Below, one piece after another: positions 49,269 through 59,425 of a stretch of 64,000 nt of DNA (positions within the stretch are counted from its first letter, which is position 1; each line of letters opens with the position of its first letter). The DNA is taken from positions 7,649 to 71,648 of the forward strand of contig RFPC01000005.1 in NCBI GenBank assembly GCA_009926305.1. Direction: 5' to 3'. This stretch comes from a bacterium (GTDB lineage: Bacteria > Bdellovibrionota_C > UBA2361 > RFPC01). A program made the position numbers and the translations under genes. A model generated the notes under the pieces. That model searched no databases, was not told the DNA's origin, and saw only the letters and a list, made by a program, of their open reading frames with translations.

Positions 49269-51122
49269 TTACTCGTTTGCAAGCTCTTGTAGTAGACGAT
49301 GGGCAAGGGACACCGGCATTCTTCCTGCTTTTGCAATTTCTTCAGGAGCAGCTCCACGAATCATTTTCAGACTTCCAAAGTGTTTCAAGAGTCTTCTCTT
49401 CCTTTCCGGTCCAATTCCTGAGATTTCATCAAGACGCGATTTACGGGAACGCCCGTCTCGAATCTTTCGATGAAATTCAATCACGTAGCGGTGAGCCTCA
49501 TCACGCACTCGCTGAAGATATCGCGTTGATTCAGCCAGAAGGTCTAATGCTATCGGCTGTGCTTGAGAACGGAGAAAAACTCTCTCGACTTTGAGTTGTG
49601 CATCGCCTCTTCGAGCACCGGAGCTCTTCTTCGTCCCTGTGCTGTCTCGAATTTTGGCTAACCCTACGATATCAAGATGAAGATCATACTCGTCAACTAC
49701 ACGACTTGCTCGTTCAAGCTGGCCTCTCCCTCCGTCAATGATCAGTAAGTCAGGGAGTATCTCTGGGGACATTTTCGCTCTCGCAAGCTTGCGACGCATT
49801 ACTTCTTCAATAGCCGCAAAGTCATCAGGCTTTCCATCAAGTGCAAGTCGATACTGTCGATATCGAGATTTATCAGGCTGACCGTCCCAAAAACTAACAA
49901 TCGCACCAACGATATCGCTCCCTTGAAGATTCGAGATATCAAGACACTCAATTCGCCGGGGCATTTGATGAAGACGGCACGTTTTAGCAATCGCCTCTGC
50001 AATTTGCTGATACCGTTCTTCACGATCGAATTGAGCAATAAAATGCTCTTTTGCATTCAGGGCAGCTAGTCCGAGGAGACGGAACTTGACCCCACGTTGA
50101 GGTTGAAGAATCTCAACACTCCCACCCCTCATTGCTTTCAGCGACTCAATTAAACCTTCAGACGATTCAAGCGGTTCGGGAGTGAGAATCTCTCGTGGAA
50201 TCACTCTTCCCGCCTGATAAAACTGGCTGATCGCTGAAGCAAGCACTTCATCAGAGGGAATTTCTACACCCTCGAGACAAAAATTATGATTTTCAGCAAG
50301 TCGGCCATTACGAACACGCAAGACCGAAACAACAATGAGTCGTTCTTCTCGATAATAGGCGAATGCATCTCTATTCTCGCCACCAGGAGAGACCGAAGCC
50401 TGGCGAGTCGAAAAGTTATCGATTATCTTCAGGCGATCCCTATAAAGAGAAGCATCTTCAAAGCGAAGCTCTTCCGAGGCTTGATCCATTAAACGGAGTA
50501 ATTCTTCGGTGATAGAGTCGGTATTTCCTTCAAGAATACGGACCGCTTGGTCTAACCATGATTGATATTCCGACGGATCTACCTCCAAACAACATGGGCC
50601 AGAGCAACGACGAATCTGATATTCAAGGCATGGGCGTTGGCGATTATAAAAAACGGCATCACGGCATGTTCTTAACGGAACGACCTTCTTGATGAGATCA
50701 AGCACCGTCCGCAATTCATAAGAGAATGTAAAGGGGCCATAATAATCTGCTCCATCCTCTACGGGTCGCCGTACGAGTTCAAGTTTCGGCCACTGAGCTT
50801 TACGATCAATGCGCACATGTAAATACGATTTGTCATCCTTCAGCCGAATGTTGTACCGCGGCTTATACTGGGTGATCAGATCTCGCTCGAGCACAAACGC
50901 TTCATGCTCTCCTGAGGTCAGGATTACCTCTATATCCTCGACTCGGCTGACAATATAGGGCACCGTATGTCGCTCATCAGAACCAGAAAAATAACTTTTC
51001 ACTCGACTTCTGAGGTTCTTCGCTTTACCAACATAGATTACTTCACCCTTTCCATCTCGCATCAGATATACACCTGTTCGAGTAGGAAGTTTTGATACGC
51101 GCTGATGAAGTTTTTCTTTCAT
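49269..51122 (-). CDS. uvrC: Excinuclease ABC subunit C
   Basis: N-terminal GIY-YIG (GVYLMRDGKGEVIYVGKAKNLRSR), UvrBC-interaction region and C-terminal RNase H-like/HhH regions, 617 aa. Confidence 0.95.
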   Translation of the reverse strand: MKEKLHQRVSKLPTRTGVYLMRDGKGEVIYVGKAKNLRSRVKSYFSGSDERHTVPYIVSRVEDIEVILTSGEHEAFVLERDLITQYKPRYNIRLKDDKSYLHVRIDRKAQWPKLELVRRPVEDGADYYGPFTFSYELRTVLDLIKKVVPLRTCRDAVFYNRQRPCLEYQIRRCSGPCCLEVDPSEYQSWLDQAVRILEGNTDSITEELLRLMDQASEELRFEDASLYRDRLKIIDNFSTRQASVSPGGENRDAFAYYREERLIVVSVLRVRNGRLAENHNFCLEGVEIPSDEVLASAISQFYQAGRVIPREILTPEPLESSEGLIESLKAMRGGSVEILQPQRGVKFRLLGLAALNAKEHFIAQFDREERYQQIAEAIAKTCRLHQMPRRIECLDISNLQGSDIVGAIVSFWDGQPDKSRYRQYRLALDGKPDDFAAIEEVMRRKLARAKMSPEILPDLLIIDGGRGQLERASRVVDEYDLHLDIVGLAKIRDSTGTKKSSGARRGDAQLKVERVFLRSQAQPIALDLLAESTRYLQRVRDEAHRYVIEFHRKIRDGRSRKSRLDEISGIGPERKRRLLKHFGSLKMIRGAAPEEIAKAGRMPVSLAHRLLQELANE

Positions 51123-51128
51123 TATAGA

Positions 51129-53159
51129 TTATGCCAAGGTCATCATTTTATTCATTATGGCTTGAATGCTATCACGCAAAGCAGCAGCTCGCTCGAACTC
51201 ACGACTTGCTGCTGCATCAAACATTTGCTTCTTTAGCGATTCTATTAATCTCTTCTGAGCTCGCGAATCCTCAGGGATTTCTATTTTCTGTTCTCCAACC
51301 TGAATCTCGGTTGCATCAACCTCTTCGACAAGCGGAGCTTGCTCTCTTCTTATTGCAGACCGAGGAACAATCCCGTGCTTTTCATTGAAGGCCGCTTGAA
51401 TGGCACGTCTACGTTCCGTTTCATCAATAGCTGCTTGCATTGAGCCAGTTATGCGATCTCCATAGAGTATCGCTCTGCCGTGAATATTTCGAGCGGCTCG
51501 GCCAATGGTCTGAATGAGAGAAGGTCCCGACCGTAAAAATCCTTCCTTATCAGCATCAAGGACAGCAACTAAACTCACCTCAACAAGGTCAAGCCCCTCT
51601 CTAAGAAGATTAATGCCGATCAGGACATCAAAATCTCCCTTACGGAGCCCTCTTAATATCTCAACTCGTTCTATAGTCTTTATATCACTATGTAGGTATC
51701 GGCACCGAATGCCATTTTCTCGTAAATATTCTGAAAGATCCTCTGCCATTCGTTTCGTAAGCGTAGTCACAAGCACTCGCTCCTTTCGTTGAATGGTTTC
51801 CTGAATCTCATTCAACAGATCATCGATCTGATTCTTCGCCGGCCGAACGAGTAATGCAGGATCAAGAAGCCCGGTTGGTCGATTCACTTGCTCAACGACC
51901 ATCCCCTCACTCAGCGCAAGCTCTCGCTCAGAGGGAGTAGCCGAGACAAAAATTGTCTGTCCGACACGCTCCCAGAACTCATCAATATTGAGTGGGCGAT
52001 TATCAAGTGCTGATGGAAGTCGAAATCCATAGTCAACAAGACTCTGCTTTCTCGCTTGATCTCCATTATACATCCCTCCAAGTTGAGGGAGCGTGACATG
52101 ACTCTCATCAATTACCAGCAGAAAATCCGAGGGGAAATAATCGAGTAATGTAGTAGGTGGTGCCCCTTCATCTCTTCCTGAAAGATGCCTGCTGTAATTC
52201 TCAATTCCTGGACAAAAGCCAGACTCTTCCAGCAACTCGAGATCGTAGAGGGTTCTTTGCTCTAAACGCTCTGCTTCAAGAACTTTTCCTTGATTCCTCA
52301 AACGGGGCAACCAGAACGTTAACTCTTTCCGAATCGTCTGGATTCCCGTTTCAATCTGCTCTCTTCCCGTAACATAGTGACTCACTGGATAAATAGCTGC
52401 TCTTTTCAGCGGTGCAATGGAATGTCCTGTAATTGGATCCAAGAGGGAGAGCTCTTCTAGCTCATCGCCAAAAAACATCATTCGAATAGCCTGAGAGTCT
52501 TCATCAGCTGGAAATACATCCAGAGTATCACCTCTTGCACGAAACGTGCCTCGACTGAACTCAATATCCGATCTCCGATATTGCATCAGAACAAGTTGTC
52601 TTATCGCATCCTCACGAGAGAGTTCTTGCCCAGGCTCAACAAAGAGCATCATTCGGAAGTAGTCTTCGGGCGCCCCCAATCCATAAATACAACTCACACT
52701 CGCTATGATGATTGCATCTCGCCCCTCCAAGATCGCCCGCGTTGAGCTATGACGCAGTTTATCGATCTCCTCGTTAATGGCAGCATCTTTCTCAATATAG
52801 GTATCGGTGGCAGGTACGTAGGCTTCAGGCTGATAGTAATCGTAATAAGACACAAAATAACGGACTCGATTCTCGGGAAAAAATTCTCGAAATTCGCTGT
52901 ACAGCTGAGCGGCTAATGTCTTGTTGGGGGCAACAATGAGCGTAGGGCGTCCGAGCTTTTCGATAATATTTGCCATGGTATACGTTTTACCAGAACCCGT
53001 TACACCGAGAAGCGTCTGATAACGAACTCCATGCGTAATATTCTCTAAGAGTTGCGCAATGGCTGACGGCTGGTCACCGGCAGGGACAAAGGGTGATGTT
53101 AACTGAAAGTCTCGCTCCTCTAATGAGAGCCCTTCTATGAAATGAGAACGTATGACCAT
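51129..53159 (-). CDS. uvrB: Excinuclease ABC subunit B
   Basis: Walker A (GVTGSGKT), helicase motifs and the conserved C-terminal UVR domain, 676 aa. Confidence 0.95.
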   Translation of the reverse strand: MVIRSHFIEGLSLEERDFQLTSPFVPAGDQPSAIAQLLENITHGVRYQTLLGVTGSGKTYTMANIIEKLGRPTLIVAPNKTLAAQLYSEFREFFPENRVRYFVSYYDYYQPEAYVPATDTYIEKDAAINEEIDKLRHSSTRAILEGRDAIIIASVSCIYGLGAPEDYFRMMLFVEPGQELSREDAIRQLVLMQYRRSDIEFSRGTFRARGDTLDVFPADEDSQAIRMMFFGDELEELSLLDPITGHSIAPLKRAAIYPVSHYVTGREQIETGIQTIRKELTFWLPRLRNQGKVLEAERLEQRTLYDLELLEESGFCPGIENYSRHLSGRDEGAPPTTLLDYFPSDFLLVIDESHVTLPQLGGMYNGDQARKQSLVDYGFRLPSALDNRPLNIDEFWERVGQTIFVSATPSERELALSEGMVVEQVNRPTGLLDPALLVRPAKNQIDDLLNEIQETIQRKERVLVTTLTKRMAEDLSEYLRENGIRCRYLHSDIKTIERVEILRGLRKGDFDVLIGINLLREGLDLVEVSLVAVLDADKEGFLRSGPSLIQTIGRAARNIHGRAILYGDRITGSMQAAIDETERRRAIQAAFNEKHGIVPRSAIRREQAPLVEEVDATEIQVGEQKIEIPEDSRAQKRLIESLKKQMFDAAASREFERAAALRDSIQAIMNKMMTLA

Positions 53160-53423
53160 GCTTCTTTATTATACCCTAGCGTGAGGAAAAGATCAGAGGG
53201 GAAAAGCGTTAGGAGGCTACTCGGAGGTTGTCACCTTGAAAATATCCCCGATTTTTTTCTTAATCCCGAGCCAAACTCTTCTTCACCTTCATTGTAGGAA
53301 TGAATTAGCACTTCCTTACGAAACAAGTCGAGTAAAGTACGGCATCTCTAGCAAGTTGCCAGAGAGAGCACAACTCTTAATTCAGAAGCCAAATGAGAGC
53401 GCCTTACAGACTATTGCTCGGCA

Positions 53424-54080
53424 TCATGTCGCTCTTCGAAAATACACCGAGTAAAGCAGATGCTTCACCGCATCCCTCCCCCGGATTCTTCCAATACCAA
53501 TCTGAAAGAAGCCATGTCTTTTATGCAACCGTTCGGAGGGAAGATTCCGTAATGGTGCGAATGCGATAGTTGAGATGACATCGAGCCCTCGACAAGTCTG
53601 AAACAGGTTATCGAGAAGCGCACCTGCAATCCCATGTCCCATAAACTCGGGCTCTACCGCGATTTTCGCCAGCCAGCCAACCTTATGCATCTCTCTCAGA
53701 TTAAAGTCATACTGAGTGATATACCTATCTGCTTCCAAGCGCTCTTGAAGTAGAGGCGATTGAGGAGGAAAGAGATATACGAAACCGACTACCATATCTC
53801 TGTAGATGGCGAGATAAAACTTGGAGAACTGTCTATAGTTGAGATAGCTCTCCAGGGTGTCTCCACTTTTTATCAGGAAACCTTCTTCCCGTGCAGCCTC
53901 TCGCGCCTCCCCCAAACGCCTTTCTAGAGATAGGCACGACATAAGCTCTGCATCAGACTCTACTTCACGAATTTCGAGGTGCGTTAGTAGATTTGTCGAG
54001 ACCAACGAACTGTTTGAGTTTTTCTTCACGTTGCCCATCTCTACGCTCGGGTCTTTCACGATTACGAGCGCACCAGTCAA
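53424..54080 (-). CDS. GNAT-family N-acetyltransferase (possible N-terminal extension)
   Basis: Acetyl-CoA-binding motif A (IAVEPEFMGHGIAGALL). The real start may be a later in-frame ATG. Confidence 0.55.
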   Translation of the reverse strand: MTGALVIVKDPSVEMGNVKKNSNSSLVSTNLLTHLEIREVESDAELMSCLSLERRLGEAREAAREEGFLIKSGDTLESYLNYRQFSKFYLAIYRDMVVGFVYLFPPQSPLLQERLEADRYITQYDFNLREMHKVGWLAKIAVEPEFMGHGIAGALLDNLFQTCRGLDVISTIAFAPLRNLPSERLHKRHGFFQIGIGRIRGRDAVKHLLYSVYFRRAT

Positions 54081-54148
54081 TACAGGTCTCTACACCGAGC
54101 CCTTACCAGATTGCACTCGCCGTTACACTTCGACGCCGATCCTCCTGC

Positions 54149-55213
54149 TTAACGGCTGCGAGCTTCCTCTATTCTTTCTTTTGCAAGCTGAATAGCAACC
54201 TCTTCTGAAAAACGTTTTCTCTTTTCGGATTCTGCGATGATTAGATGCGTAGTATCAAAAATGGCATTTACCTTCTCGGTTACCCAGGACTCATTCCATC
54301 CAGAATCATTAAGCTCTGCGCCTACAGAGATTACTCCCCCTGAGTTAATAGCAAAGTCAGGAAGATAAAGAAGTCCCCGATCTTCAATCATATCGTACAT
54401 CGAGCTGTCAGAGAGCTGATTATTTGCTGCTCCAGCAATAACGCTACACTTCAGCCGTGGCAGAGTATCCTTGTTGACTGTTTGACCAATCGCACAGGGG
54501 CAGTAAATATCAGCTTCCACATCATAAATCTCATCAGTTGAAACTGCCTTCACCCCAAAATCGTTAACAACAGAGCGCAACGTTTCCTCGTACGAGTCTG
54601 TAACAATAACGCTCGCTCCGAGCTCACAGAGCTGCTCGACTATATATCGCCCTACGTGTCCCACGCCCTGCACTGAAACAGTCTTTCCCGTCAGTGCAGT
54701 CGTACCAAATCGAGCCTCTGCTCCTGCGCGAATCGCCTGAACGACACCCTTCGCAGTCCACGGAGAAGGGTCACCGGCCCCGCCCTCTTCTCGAGAAACT
54801 CCAGTTGCAAATCGGGTATGCTCCTTGACCCAAGCAACATCCTGCTCGGTCGTTCCCATATCCTCAGCGGTGACGTATCTTCCACTCAGCGATTCAACGC
54901 ATTTGCCAAACTGATTAAATAGCTCTCTTCTTTTCTCAGTAAAGTGCGGATCAATCCAGATACATGCCTTTCCACCACCCAGAGGCATACCTGCAATTGC
55001 GCTCTTGTATGTCATTCCTTCTGAGAGCCGTAGCACATCCTCTATCGCCTCATTCTCATTTTGATAGTTTCTTAAACGGCACCCTCCCAGTGCTGGGCCA
55101 AGCACAGAATTGTGCACTGCGACAAATGCTTTCAGGCCAACTTCTGGATAGTGAAATACTACTAATTGCTCGTGACCTCGTGATTCAACTTCCTGCATTA
55201 ATGAAAATGTCAT
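54149..55213 (-). CDS. Glu/Leu/Phe/Val dehydrogenase-family enzyme (leucine/valine dehydrogenase-like, about 354 aa)
   Basis: GMPLGGGKA catalytic-lysine motif and a C-terminal Rossmann GxGxxG. Start set at the internal ATG (MTFSLMQE) with a purine-rich RBS. Confidence 0.8.
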   Translation of the reverse strand: MTFSLMQEVESRGHEQLVVFHYPEVGLKAFVAVHNSVLGPALGGCRLRNYQNENEAIEDVLRLSEGMTYKSAIAGMPLGGGKACIWIDPHFTEKRRELFNQFGKCVESLSGRYVTAEDMGTTEQDVAWVKEHTRFATGVSREEGGAGDPSPWTAKGVVQAIRAGAEARFGTTALTGKTVSVQGVGHVGRYIVEQLCELGASVIVTDSYEETLRSVVNDFGVKAVSTDEIYDVEADIYCPCAIGQTVNKDTLPRLKCSVIAGAANNQLSDSSMYDMIEDRGLLYLPDFAINSGGVISVGAELNDSGWNESWVTEKVNAIFDTTHLIIAESEKRKRFSEEVAIQLAKERIEEARSR

Positions 55214-55330
55214 AATTCTCTCTCTTCTTACGGCAACCCTCATATCCGAAACAGCACTCCGACGGTATGAATGGGTAGCTCCGTTTGAACTCTTTTCGCA
55301 AATGAAAACCCTATGAAGGCAAAAATATCA

Positions 55331-55534
55331 CTAAAACGCTTTCCTCACTTCTCCTTCAGCTGGAGAACGGTTCTCTTGAAATTCAACCGTATACTCTGGT
55401 GCATCCTCGAGCTCTGAATTCTTCGTCAGATCATATGAAATCTTCTTACAGCCAAAAAGACCAGCTGCACAGATAACAATCAAAAGCGCCATCTCGACCG
55501 CTTGGAGAGTTCTTCCTTGTAATCTTTTTTTCAT
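55331..55534 (-). CDS. Small putative lipoprotein (67 aa)
   Basis: Signal peptide with an LFGC lipobox. Short, so uncertain. Confidence 0.4.
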   Translation of the reverse strand: MKKRLQGRTLQAVEMALLIVICAAGLFGCKKISYDLTKNSELEDAPEYTVEFQENRSPAEGEVRKAF

Positions 55535-55673
55535 TCTCGTACTCCAGTTTCTTTTTTACAGCTGACCCACTTATCGAGGCACCGCGATACGCGAAAATTC
55601 TTGCATATCCAGCCCCTTTTTTCCACCTCAAGACCCGGTGCTCTTCTCTATGAAATAGCCTTTTTTAGCCGTC

Positions 55674-57200
55674 TCAGAGCTCAAATTTCACCCCCTGGGC
55701 CAGGGGCAAATCTGTTGAGTAGTTAATGGTACAGGTTTGACGTCTCATGTACTGCTTCCAGGCATCACTCCCTGACTCACGTCCACCTCCAGTGTCTTTT
55801 TCTCCACCAAAGGCTCCCCCGATCTCTGCTCCAGACGTTCCGATATTTACATTCGCAATACCACAGTCACTCCCCGAAAAAGAGAGGAATCGCTCAGCAG
55901 ATCGCATCGACTCTGTAAACAGAGCTGAGCTGAGACCCTGAGCCACACAATTGTTGAGCGCAATAGCCTCATCAAGATTCTTAACCTTCATCAGATACAG
56001 TATCGGAGCAAAGGTTTCCTGCTGTACAATATCCGCTTCGTGACTTATCTCAATGAGCGTAGGTTGAACATAATTCGCTGAAGGATACCCAGAGGCAATG
56101 TTTCCTCCAGCTAAAACCACTCCCCCTTGAGACTGTGCGCTTGCAACTGCACTCTGAAACTCTTGAACAGCGTGGCTATGAATCAATGGTCCCATCAAAG
56201 TATTATCATCGAGCGGATCTCCTATACGCACTTGCCCGTAGGCATGTATAAGTTTTCCCTTTAACTCTTCATAGATTCCTTCACCTACGAGCAATCGGCG
56301 CGTTGATGTGCATCGTTGTCCGGCAGTTCCAACCGCACCGAAGAGTATTGAAGGAAGCACAAGATTCAGGTCAGCATCATCCAAAACGATTACTGCATTA
56401 TTTCCACCGAGCTCAAGCAAGCTCTTTCCAAGCCTCTTTCCGACCGTTTCAGCTACCGAGAATCCCATTCGACACGAACCTGTAGCAGATATAAGCGGCA
56501 AACGTCGATCAGCTGCCATTTTTTGACCAAGAGCGGGTCCATCGCCAATGACCAGAGAAAACAGTGCTGGATATCCATGACGTGCAGCGACATCACGACA
56601 GATTGATTGAATTGCTATAGCAGAGAGTGGGGTTACTTCAGAGGGCTTCCATAACACCACGTCTCCACACACCGCTGCTATCATGGCGTTCCATGCCCAG
56701 ACCGCCATCGGGAAATTAAAAGCAGATATCACACCGACTGTTCCCAGTGGATGCCATTGTTCATACATACGGTGGCGCATCCTTTCGGAGTGCATACTCA
56801 GACCGTAGAGTTGCCGTGAAAGCCCTACTGCAAAATCAGCAATATCAATCGCTTCTTGAACCTCGCCCTTGCCTTCCGATACAATCTTGCCCATTTCCAG
56901 TGTAATAAGAGCTCCGAGCAGATCTTTTTTCTCTCGCATTGCTTCGCCCATCTGTCGGACGATTTCGCCTCGTTGTGGCGCGGGCAGCTCTCTCCAACGA
57001 ACAAAAGTTTTCTCACAATCGGCAACGACCTTTTCATACGTTGTCTCATCTGCCGTTACGACCTCAGCGAGAGGCGCACCATCAATTGGGGAATAGCTTG
57101 TTAGAATTTTACCAGACGATTCATAGATTGAATCACCAATAGCTCCGGCTTGCCGACCAACGAGTCCCAAGTCGTGCAATATTTTTTCCCGAACTTCCAT
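55674..57200 (-). CDS. ALDH7-type aldehyde dehydrogenase (alpha-aminoadipic/piperideine-6-carboxylate semialdehyde dehydrogenase-like)
   Basis: ELGGNNAVIV...GTAGQRCTSTRR block typical of the antiquitin subfamily. GAGGGGGTG RBS before ATG 57200. Confidence 0.82.
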   Translation of the reverse strand: MEVREKILHDLGLVGRQAGAIGDSIYESSGKILTSYSPIDGAPLAEVVTADETTYEKVVADCEKTFVRWRELPAPQRGEIVRQMGEAMREKKDLLGALITLEMGKIVSEGKGEVQEAIDIADFAVGLSRQLYGLSMHSERMRHRMYEQWHPLGTVGVISAFNFPMAVWAWNAMIAAVCGDVVLWKPSEVTPLSAIAIQSICRDVAARHGYPALFSLVIGDGPALGQKMAADRRLPLISATGSCRMGFSVAETVGKRLGKSLLELGGNNAVIVLDDADLNLVLPSILFGAVGTAGQRCTSTRRLLVGEGIYEELKGKLIHAYGQVRIGDPLDDNTLMGPLIHSHAVQEFQSAVASAQSQGGVVLAGGNIASGYPSANYVQPTLIEISHEADIVQQETFAPILYLMKVKNLDEAIALNNCVAQGLSSALFTESMRSAERFLSFSGSDCGIANVNIGTSGAEIGGAFGGEKDTGGGRESGSDAWKQYMRRQTCTINYSTDLPLAQGVKFEL

Positions 57201-57446
57201 TGCCCACCCCCTCTCTGTTTCGATAACCCTTAAAAGGTATACCAAGCTTTTGAGGAAGAGAGAACCTCCTCAGAAGAACTGGGGGAGCAAAGCGGGATAG
57301 TCTCTCTAGGATACAGAGAGCCTGAGCATCACCGATGCGCCATACTCAAGTGATCTCTATTCAAGGATTTTCCACAAAATGAGCTCGCTCAACTCGCACG
57401 ATGCTGAAGAGCAATACATGAAGAAATAGAGTATGGATGAAGTAGT

Positions 57447-57520
57447 GCGCTCCATAACAAAAAAGGAAACAGTGATAAAAAAGGAAACAGTGACAAAAAA
57501 GGAAACAGTGACAAAAAAGG
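57447..57520. repeat. Tandem 19-bp repeat (aaaaaaggaaacagtgaca) x4 immediately 3' of tRNA-fMet
   Basis: Direct repeats; on the tRNA strand they read tgtcactgtttcctttttt. They create the spurious CFLFCHCFLF ORF. Confidence 0.9.
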
Positions 57521-57566
57521 AAACAGGAAAACAGAAGACAAATAGAAGAAAGGGAACACATCACGA

Positions 57567-57643
<77 letters not shown>

Positions 57644-57759
57644 CCATGATTGTGCGTCCTAGACGCTACATGGTTCCCCTGACAGAGTCAAGACGGCTCA
57701 CTATATAGCCTCCCTGGCATATTCTCCACCCGATGAGCGTAGCAAAACAGGGATACTGG

Positions 57760-58476
57760 CTACTGAAAGACTGCTGCACGGAGTGTTTGATACTTCTCTT
57801 CAGGAACTGCCATCATCTCGCCTCTTTTTAATTTTCCAAGGTGAAATGGACCATGGGAGACCCTATGAAGCTTCAAGACTGGGTGATGCACGTGATCCAT
57901 CATGCGTCTAATAATTCGTTTCTTTCCAGATCGAATCACAATTCTTAACCAGGTTGCATCTACTTGGGTCTCTTTGATGCTTACTTCAGCCTGTATTCGT
58001 CCATCTTCAAGATGAACTCCGCGTTGTAGTCGACGTAGTGTTTTCTCTGTTACAACACCTGCCACCCGCGCTTCATATACTCTATCAATCCCATATCTTG
58101 GATGAAGAAGACGGTCTGCAAGGTCTCCATCATTGGTCAAGATGATCAGTCCAGTTGATTCAAAATCCAGTCTCCCAACTGGCACGAATCCCTCTCTCTT
58201 TTTCCCCAAATAGTCACCGATACACGGTCGCTTCTCTGGATCACTTAATGTGGAGATCACATTCTTTGGCTTATGAAAAAGAATGACCCCGGGATGTGCT
58301 GAACGAACGACTCTATTACCGACCTTCACCGTGTCCGTTACGGGATTGACCTTTGTCCCCAAGGCTTCAACCACCGTGCCATTCACACGGACCCGTCCTT
58401 CACTAATGAGCTCATCTGCGGCTCTCCGAGAACAGACTCCACACTGAGCGAGGTAACGATTGAGTCGAATAGTCAT
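57760..58476 (-). CDS. rluB: rRNA pseudouridine synthase (RsuA/RluB family, S4 domain plus catalytic domain)
   Basis: N-terminal S4 (RLNRYLAQCGVCSRRAADELI) and catalytic GRLDFESTGLIILTNDGDL. Confidence 0.82.
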   Translation of the reverse strand: MTIRLNRYLAQCGVCSRRAADELISEGRVRVNGTVVEALGTKVNPVTDTVKVGNRVVRSAHPGVILFHKPKNVISTLSDPEKRPCIGDYLGKKREGFVPVGRLDFESTGLIILTNDGDLADRLLHPRYGIDRVYEARVAGVVTEKTLRRLQRGVHLEDGRIQAEVSIKETQVDATWLRIVIRSGKKRIIRRMMDHVHHPVLKLHRVSHGPFHLGKLKRGEMMAVPEEKYQTLRAAVFQ

Positions 58477-58494
58477 GATATCTCTCTTTTTGCC

Positions 58495-59307
58495 CTATGA
58501 AATAGGCGTTTGGGCATCAGTGGAATCTAAATCATCACTGTTGACGCCATAAGAACTCGCATCATTTTGCTCTGGAGTGTCTTGAATAAGAGTCTCGTTT
58601 GCCTCCTCCGACTCATCTTCTTCACTACTATCTGCGTGCACTTCGAGCTGTTGCAAATCTCGCAGCGTTGGAAGCTCTGAGAGGGAAGAGAGGCCAAAGA
58701 CTTCAAGAAACTGCTGTGTAGTGCCATACAATGCTGGCTGACCTATGGTTTCTTGATGACCCACGATTCGTATGAATCCTTTGTCTATTAAGGTTTTTAA
58801 TGTCGGGGTTGCATCTACCCCACGTATCTTTTCTACATCAGAGCGCACGATTGGCTGACGGTATGCCACGATTGCCAGCGTCTCCATGGCCTGTTGACTG
58901 AGTCGTTTTGGGCGAGTTGCCCTTAGTTGTTTCACAAACAACGCAAATTGCGGTTTGGTACGAAGTTGCAGTTTGCCGCCCACTTCAAATAACTCAACCC
59001 CACTCTCTTCCAGCGACAGCTTCATCTTCACTGACTCTACAAGGTCATCGACTTCTGACTTCTCTAGCCCGATAACGTCTGCGATTTTTCCTTTTGAAAG
59101 CGGTTCTCCACTGACAAACAACAACGATTCAACCAGTGCCTGGCGCTCTGCTTCTCCAAGCTGCTCGAGGATCTCTCTTCTCTGCACTGCTTCCAGTTCA
59201 GCTTCCGAAGCACCATCGGACGAAAAGCTTTTCTCTTCGCTATTTTCTGCGAGCTCTCCATCGACGAGAGCTGACTCGCTTTCTTTGTTCATCCCTGCTT
59301 CTCCCAT
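58495..59307 (-). CDS. scpB: Segregation and condensation protein B
   Basis: ScpB winged-helix core (ALVESLLFVSGEPLS...AMETLAIVAYRQPIVRSDVEKIRGV) with acidic N- and C-terminal extensions. Confidence 0.85.
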   Translation of the reverse strand: MGEAGMNKESESALVDGELAENSEEKSFSSDGASEAELEAVQRREILEQLGEAERQALVESLLFVSGEPLSKGKIADVIGLEKSEVDDLVESVKMKLSLEESGVELFEVGGKLQLRTKPQFALFVKQLRATRPKRLSQQAMETLAIVAYRQPIVRSDVEKIRGVDATPTLKTLIDKGFIRIVGHQETIGQPALYGTTQQFLEVFGLSSLSELPTLRDLQQLEVHADSSEEDESEEANETLIQDTPEQNDASSYGVNSDDLDSTDAQTPIS

Positions 59308-59357
59308 GCTTCTCTATCCTTTTCTCGTTGATACCTCTCACTGGTGAATCGGCTTCT

Positions 59358-59425
59358 GTGTCACTACCAAATCATGTATCACTGCCAAATCATGTATCAC
59401 TGCCAAATCATGTATCACTGCCAAC
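59358..59425. repeat. Tandem 18-bp repeat (tcactgccaaatcatgta) x4 overlapping the scpA stop codon / scpA-scpB junction
   Basis: Direct repeats. The scpA stop (TGA at 59408-59410) lies inside copy 3. Confidence 0.9.

Noticed and set aside
53424-54148. GNAT toxin / RHH antitoxin (TacT-TacA-like) module
   Set aside because: No small upstream antitoxin ORF is present; the Leu/Val dehydrogenase gene ends 68 nt upstream. The GNAT is probably a metabolic acetyltransferase.
57361-57564. 67-aa ORF (CFLFCHCFLF repeats)
   Set aside because: Produced by reading through the 19-bp tandem repeat next to the tRNA. Low complexity and no coding signal.
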